Of a DNA stretch of 64,000 bases, positions 56,545 through 64,000 are shown piece after piece. A model generated the notes under the pieces. The model searched no databases, was not told the origin of the DNA, and saw nothing but the letters and a program-made list of their open reading frames with translations. Origin of the DNA: Tubiluchus corallicola. Its lineage: Eukaryota; Animalia; Priapulida. Numbering within the stretch: position 1 is the stretch's first letter; the number at the start of each line of letters is the position of its first letter. The stretch lies in NCBI GenBank assembly GCA_030141605.1, contig JAQGDQ010000136.1, positions 62,001 through 126,000 of the forward strand, given 5' to 3'. The position numbers and the translations under genes were made by a program.

Positions 56545-59500
56545 CCAGCTGTATTCAGGTAAAAGTCTAAAAGTAGTCTCATACACAGTAGCAAGATCTT
56601 AAAGGTTGAGAAACTTACATGACCAGATAAACAAGCGACAAACACATAAACAATCGGCTAGAGGTCACGGGGAACTACAGAGTTGTGTTAAACTAAACAG
56701 TGTCTAATATACAAATAAGGTATGCAAGCCTTGGAAATATATTCTGGGAGATATCAACGCATTATGTTTATGTTTTCACTAACGGCCAAATTGTTAAAAA
56801 TTCAGGGAGAATTAGAGGGGAGAAACAAAGGGAGAGCGTGGATTACTGACAAAGTTAGGGAGGATTACAGACATAATTAATAATAATTTTTGTTAGGTCC
56901 GAGTCATCACAGTGTCTATAACATACTACAAGCACTTGCATGGGCGTCATCTAGGTTGGCAAACAGGTTATTTGATCCCCCTGAATCAGGCCTCCTAACC
57001 TACGGCGAGATGGTTTGGAAGTTAGAATTACCTTATAATTAATTCCCTAAAGAGTGTCGCGACTCGGATGCCTCACTCAGTAGTATGGTAAATTATGTGA
57101 TATAAGCTATTGTCAGGCCTGGGGTTCAAGTGGTCAAAACGAACAGTGACAGCTTAGGACGAATCACAGCCGCGGATTAACGTATTCAGCAGCGGCAAAA
57201 CTATGCACGGTCACGCACAAACTTGCTTTTTGTGGCGAATATAAAAATTTACGAACATTCTCTTATCATTTTAAATTACTATAGAGAAAGCTCGGATAGA
57301 TGCCTTTAGACATTTTGGTGAACGTTAAAATTTAATTTATGTATGATCGTTTAAATTTTCCAAATTGTGTGTAATTTCCAAAATGTTTCCTGTAACCAAC
57401 ACCTTATTTTGCGTGTTACCATTATACCACCCACCTTTTTAGATTAATTCAATAACAAAAAATGATTGACACTCAATAGCATGGTGCCCAATTCCATTTG
57501 CTCGGATGCTTCCCGCCTCTTTTAATTTCAACCACCTCCTAGCCGTATCGTAGCCTCGAGCTAGCTATCTCTTCTTTTTTCTAGCGTACTTTACTCAAGG
57601 CCAATCACAATATGTAACATTTTTATGTCCAAAAGCATTTGCCCACTACCACGGTAACGCGAAACTTTTTTTGTGTAGTTTATAAGCGTTTTCAAAATTC
57701 CTAATCCAAGAACTTCACCTGGCATATGCCCTACGACCCCCGCTAAACATACGTAGTTTATAGTCCCACATACTTCGGTAGTTGTATATCCAACGTCTTT
57801 GTACACCACTTTCCAAGCTGACCAAGCGGATCACAGCTATGTACGTATAAGGTAACCAATTTAACCACTTACGTCGTACATTATTGTTACACTTAATATA
57901 ACTCATACCGAACAGGCAGAATCCTCAAAGAAAAACCTCTTAGTTAATGTCTTAAATTATCAGCACCTCTTCTGTTAATATAAACGTTTACCTTACGTAA
58001 TTTACATCAGCACTGGCAATCAAACTCTCTATTTCTCATTGCACGAATCTCAGAGAAAAAACAACAGTCACGCATGTATTCATTCTTTACTATTAATCTG
58101 TCTATCACAACAACTTCTAGTAGCAAGAATAAACTTCCGGTACGGAAGCTGACAGACAGCATCACTGCACAGGAGATGCACACGCTAACTGCTTCGTCTG
58201 GCCGCTGACTCATGCTTTACTCAGTTGCACATAGATACTTCCTGTCCTCAATTTCAATAACCATAATATCCTTATTATCTCCAGCAGCAGATGTAAAACA
58301 GCTACATGTACAACGTTCCTTGCTTTCTTGATAGAGGTCAAAGACGTTAAGATCCCGAATATGAGGATTTAAAGGACGGAGGGCACAAAATATGCGCCGA
58401 AAATGGCTGTGATTTTACGTAAAAATACTTTTAGCCTTGTCAGCAAGTTTTAAATTCAAGCAGTGAAGTCATACGTTGATATCATTTTAACATCGAAAAT
58501 ATTTGCCCATTGGGAATATACATTTACTAACAATTTTTAAATATTTATTTTGCAAATCTGTGTTTGCAGTTAGTTTGTTTGGCTGTCATAATTCAATAAT
58601 GATCAACTTGACAAGTAATTAATTTGGTGACAACAAAAATGTAATCATTTGACACCTAGGACCAAATAATAATGTGTCACGCAGAAAAGCACCAGCAGTC
58701 GACTAATATTTTTCAACAAGCAGCTAAATCTAATGCTATAAAGCTTTCGTTGAACATTCCTGAAGAATTAAAATTGTTTAATTTAACTAATTTTAAAAAA
58801 AATCGATTAAACAATTCTGTTTATCGCTATTTATAATTTGCGCAGTAAATGTTTTCTAGTGTCTGCTTTCTGAATAATTGTTTGTACCATAGAATTATCT
58901 TAAGAGCTTTTCAATTGTTCAAATGTTTCACCTATTGTCAAGCCACAGTGTACCGTAAGTTTCCACAGGTTTCTCGAAATTTAAAATTTTGTTTTTCAAT
59001 TGAATTTATATAGTTGTAGAATGTTGTCAGTTATGATAACCATCTGTAGGAGGAAGACAAAAAAGCACTCGCTACTTCTTTGATACAACAACCTTATTTA
59101 ATCGTTATTATCATTGTATTGTTGCATCCGTTTTATTTTGGTTGTTGTAAAATAAATTCATTCAATTCTATGCTGTTTCTTTCCCATTTTCAAAATAAGT
59201 GACTTGCATCGACCAGGGCTTTTGTGATATGGCCTACAAGACCGCACTACCCCTATACCCTATCAAGTAACAGATCATTAGTAGTTCTATGCTTACAAGT
59301 ATCAGTGCTCTACCAACCTGACTCGTTTAGATTCCTCGTACCGGTTCAGGGTAACGGCCAGTACATGATTTTTTCGTTATACGTTTTCATAATGTCCATT
59401 GTTATTTCTTTAGCACCATTATTATTTCTTAGTATCCTGCGAGAAGGGTGGCTGATTCGATAACCCTTTGGTTTTTCGCCATCCTTTTCTCTTTCTATTT

Positions 59501-60863
59501 GAATTTTGTTTCTATTCATATTATATTGTACAACTCATGGAGAAGACCAAATTATCTATTTATCTATCTATCTATGTCAAATTACGCGTGAGTTTATATT
59601 TACAATCAATCATAAACTTTCAACAAAATTAATCAACTGAATACACATACATACAGAAATTAATAACAAATATAGTTTAAAAGACATGAAATAGGCAGCC
59701 GTGAGTAATAGAAAAACAATAATTATAATTAACCAGAATAATAAACCAAAACATTAGCTTTGATAATGAGTTTATTGTTGTGTAAATAATTTAAAGATGA
59801 TAAATTACTTTTAAAAATATCATAAAAATTATACCTACATCTTAATAACACATTTATTTACAGTAATTAAAAGCAACATGGCAACATTATTTACAAAAAA
59901 CTTAAGGGAGTAATTTACAACATTACAGTTATCACTATAATAATGTGATGAATCATTTATAATTTTTAGTTCATAAGCATCTGTGCATCTTTGGCTAGTT
60001 ATACATATCTTCATAATGAATACTGCAAGAAACCAGTACATGCATTTTGTATAACACAAATGCAAAAAAATTTGCAATTAATCACAGATTATTTAATAAA
60101 AATAAGCATAATCACTGCATAAATGATGAATTAATGACCAAAAACCAAAATTTTCTTACACCAAGACTATAGCTTATGAGACAAAGGTGTTTGCAAATTA
60201 CCAGAACCTAAAAACCATTTAAAAACCACAATGCGATCGGCCCATGTAATCAAGTTCACTGCAGCTTGCCATAGTTACACTAAACTGCCTCTATATACTG
60301 CAAGATATAAATTATCACTAATTATAATTACGTAATCACATGGTAAGTTTGAGCATTTTTCAAAGGCAACAAGATCTTACGACAACAATAACAGATTTAG
60401 GATAAAAGAAATCATTGAGAGAATAAAGGTTTCTGTGCAAAACCTGATCATCATCATTGCAAAATTTTCTAATTTGAGCACTTAGGCGAAAAACAACTTT
60501 TTACTAGAAAATTTATGTCACAATTTTCTGCTACACAGTACATAAATCAAGCATGTTTATATTCAAATGTAAATAAAATAAATGTGCTACTTCATGTAGC
60601 TCATGTTGGTAACAAAGCCAATGATAATTACTGCAAAATCACTTTTAGCAGACAAAGCTAGCAGTACCCAAAGGAAAAACTAAACTTTCAATAAAAGCAC
60701 AACATTACTTAGCTACTTTCACAAATCTATCACCAGTAGATTGATAGTTCTTTACTGCTACTTCATATAAGGTAAACAGTTAGGTGAGGAAATGTAAATG
60801 CTAGATGTTACTATTACTGTTGCTTTACTTCACTGCCACGCTTCAGGAAATCAGACTAAACTA

Positions 60864-61330
60864 AACTAAACTACGTATAACTCGAACACCTAGGGACCGG
60901 AAAATTTGTTCGAGTTATGCGAGAGTATGAGTTAGACGATGCTCATCAGAAAAGCCTTTAAACAAATATCAAACAACAATTTTATGAACAATCATGATTA
61001 ATAGAATTCGGAAATAATATTGTGATTTATATTTAAACTACGTTCAAAAAGCCATGTTGCGTGCAGCATTTTGCTAAGGTAATCTTAGCAGTTTTGCTGA
61101 AACTAGTAGTTAAAATCGTAGTGTGGTGCATACTTTCACGTAGGATTTCTTACTTTTTGAGATAGGTGAGGTAATTTCAGTCAGATTCTTAAGAATTGTA
61201 CTGGGAATTCGGTTAGAGTTACGCAATAACTCGAGTTACATGATACTTGGTAAAGGGAAAAACGAAAGACAAAATCCGTTCCACGAGATCGGTTCGAGTT
61301 ATACAGGTTTGGGTTACACGTAGTTTAATG
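60864..61330. mobile_element. pogo/Tigger-type MITE, ~467 bp
   Basis: Imperfect TIRs taaactacgtataactcgaac / gtttgggttacacgtagttta, TA flanks, and internal (t)cgagtta subterminal repeats. Confidence 0.7.
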
Positions 61331-61761
61331 TATTTCTCAACAAACTGCAAAACAAGGCAATTAAAATTATGCGATTACACAACCAACATGACCCAACTGT
61401 AGAATATTGATTAATTTCATATATGAATATCACTGATGTTAATTCACGATTCATCACAATAACACAACAGAAAAACTGAATAGTCTCCAATAGCTAGGAA
61501 GATCAATTTGACAGAAGACAATAGCCATTTTGAAGCTGTGAATTTCCAGTTAAATATCTAATTTTGCAGAACCTTGTCGTACTTTTGAAACAGATGCAAA
61601 ACTAAGAAAATAATATCACTGAAGAGGAGACATTAGTTGATTAACCTAAAATCTTTACAACACATGGAGCAGCAAAGAATATGGAGCTGAACATAAAGAT
61701 ACCATTTATTTCTAACAAAATGAACACCTTAGCACCTTAACAAATTTCTTAACGAATAATA

Positions 61762-62183
61762 CAGTAAGCGCCGCTTAATAGACTCACTTTGAGACCGAAG
61801 TGTTTTGACCCAATTAACCAAATGAACCTATTAACCGATGGGTGTAGTATTACTGGTATAGAGATATGAGTCACCAGCTTACAATGCGCTGCAAACGTTT
61901 TTAATGAATTTTAGAAACGAAATAATGCCTAAATTCCTTTGTGCAGTTAAAAATTTAAAAAATGTTTTAAAATATTAATTTATATAAAAGGCTCTTTGGT
62001 CATATACAAATGTTTTATTTTAAGTATGTGAAGGGCAAATATTGAGACAATTATGCAGAGTTACTAGAGTCAATTACCAACAGTTTTATGTACATTTCAA
62101 TAGAAGCAGCCCGTGCCAGGAGTCATTGAGTCAATTAAGCGATTGAGTCTATTAACCGTGAGTCTATTAAGCGGCGCCTACTG
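61762..62183. mobile_element. pogo-type MITE, 422 bp
   Basis: 26-bp TIR cagtaagcgccgcttaatagactcac with one mismatch, TA TSD, and subterminal gagtc(a/t)attaa repeats. Confidence 0.9.
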
Positions 62184-62339
62184 TAATAATAAAAACCTTT
62201 GGCAAAATCTATTATCAAATCATTCTCATAATTAAATGTACCTCTGCTGCACATAATTCTCATAAAAACACAAATGAAAGACCAGAGTAATAAAGGCAAT
62301 TTCAACAAATTTAAAACAATTTAAATTAATGCATCGTTT

Positions 62340-62715
62340 TTATATGTAAGTTGAAACCTCTTCATCAAACGTGACATTTTTCTTTTCCTGCATGGCTAAG
62401 TGATCTTCAGTTACAAACTCAGGGACATCGCGTGATTTCTCATCAGCCTCATCAAATGCTGCAGTTTTTTCGAGGTCAGAAGCAGTGACCAAGCTTGGCA
62501 TGACTTTTTGCAATATCGTCGGAGTGGAAACCGACTCTAGATCTATATTATCATCCTCTTCATTCGGTGGGGGTACCGTAGGTAGAGGTGGAGGAGTGCT
62601 TGCCGTTGATACAGAAGAGGGCACTGATCGTTGCGAAGAAGATACTTCATTTGCAGGGGGTTTCAATTCATCATGAACAAACATGGGATTTTGTAAACCT
62701 TGGTCCGTTGACTTC
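62340..62715 (-). CDS. Probable terminal exon of an unidentified gene (acidic, Pro/Ser-rich, cytoplasmic-tail-like); upstream exons not identified
   Basis: Strong acceptor ttttctttgttgcag at 62716, then an open frame KSTDQGLQNPMFVHDE...PPPLPTVPPP...KKNVTFDEEVSTYI*. It is followed by a long AT-rich 3'UTR-like tract toward ~59.7 kb. Confidence 0.7.
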
Positions 62716-64000
62716 CTGCAACAAAGAAAATTTAATCGACATTAGCATAACCTGTTCTTTAATATTAGCAATTTAACTGCTGTAAAGAAACATGTATTCT
62801 GAATTCAACTTTTTACAATGTACTTCAACAAAATTTCTATTCTATAGTTTTATAGAGCACACAGCTATGTTTGATAAGAGTACAAAGAACAAACACAATT
62901 ACAAGTTAATGATAACCATTTATGCACTGTGGCGAATTTTGACTGACGTTTAATTTATCAACTTAAAATTGTTTGTGTTTAAATTTGCTAGTTTTACAAA
63001 TTACAGTTCAGAAAAACACTGGCTGGGTAAAATATAACTAACAACATTACAATGTGACACTTGTCAAATAAATAAAACAATCACAACAGATTGTACAATC
63101 TGAAAGAAGATGCTACACGACAAAAACAAAGTTGAGTGCAATACCAGTCATCTCTAATCTGAGTGCGTCACATGCATTAGGTGTTTACTGTTTTGTTTAT
63201 ATTAGTGTTTTGGGCATCAATTCACATTAGTGACATACAATTCAGCTAAACATTGCATGCATTTAACACTATCGTGTTGCACCCGTGACGTTAAATTCAT
63301 AAATAGAACGAAAAATGATTCTGCACTCCTAATACTTATTTGAAACAAAGATTTGATTTAACCAAAGCAACAAGAATGCAGCAAAAAACTACCACCGACC
63401 GTAAAGACTTAACGTAAAGTGAAAGTCAATAATAAACTCATGCAACATCATGCTTAATACCAAGAAATCTTACCAATAAAATTCTATATTTGATGAATAT
63501 CTTAATATCACAACTCTGTCGTTGGTGAACGATATCCTAGCCTGTGCGATTAAAAGTAATACCAAATACATATACATCTTTACATCAATACAAAATCATA
63601 CACGAAGAAAACTGGCATATAGAAACGATATGTTAAGCAATAATTAATAGAGAAATGATTAGATATTTGTTACATTGTAGTCTCAACAGCTACATTGTAG
63701 CTTTAACACACCAGGCTGCTATGGAAACTATGGAAATTAATTTTTAACGCTTGCTTACTAATGCTACTTCATGAACAATATCAACAGTAACCACCGAGAT
63801 GAAATTGCACCACTGCAATTGTACCACTTCTGTTAGTGAATATATGCTGTAATGCTGTTTGCTCTATAAATGCACGTAAAAAATACAAACAATCTGTTGC
63901 AAGTTATTATCTTTCATAGTCATTCCACACTTGTTTAATTAAACCTATTAACTGGTTACTAAAATTAATCAATTAACTCTTTAATTCACTAAAGATGCAC

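Overview
AT-rich eukaryotic DNA from an invertebrate animal (probably a protostome), with spliceosomal GT-AG introns and no prokaryotic features. Positions 1 to ~35 kb contain no gene I can recognise. That stretch holds microsatellites, Helitron-like ends, a candidate solo LTR, decayed LINE and SINE remnants and local duplications. Positions 36-64 kb are gene-dense, and I reconstructed spliced models by hand. TUSC2/Fus1 (minus, 3 exons, 108 aa) lies head-to-head with RhoA/Rho1 (plus, 3 coding exons, 192 aa). Next is a 5-exon, ~299 aa secreted protein (minus): signal peptide, angiopoietin/myocilin-like Cys motif, long coiled coil, and an i-type (destabilase) lysozyme domain that appears to lack the catalytic Asp. 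Directly upstream and co-oriented is a secreted 2xTSP1 + trypsin protease (minus, 5 exons, 475 aa). The window ends with the last exon and 3'UTR of an unidentified gene. The best novelty candidate is the coiled-coil lysozyme-fold protein, possibly acting with its neighbouring protease as a recognition-plus-protease module. All homology calls come from motif recognition by eye; no database searches were run.
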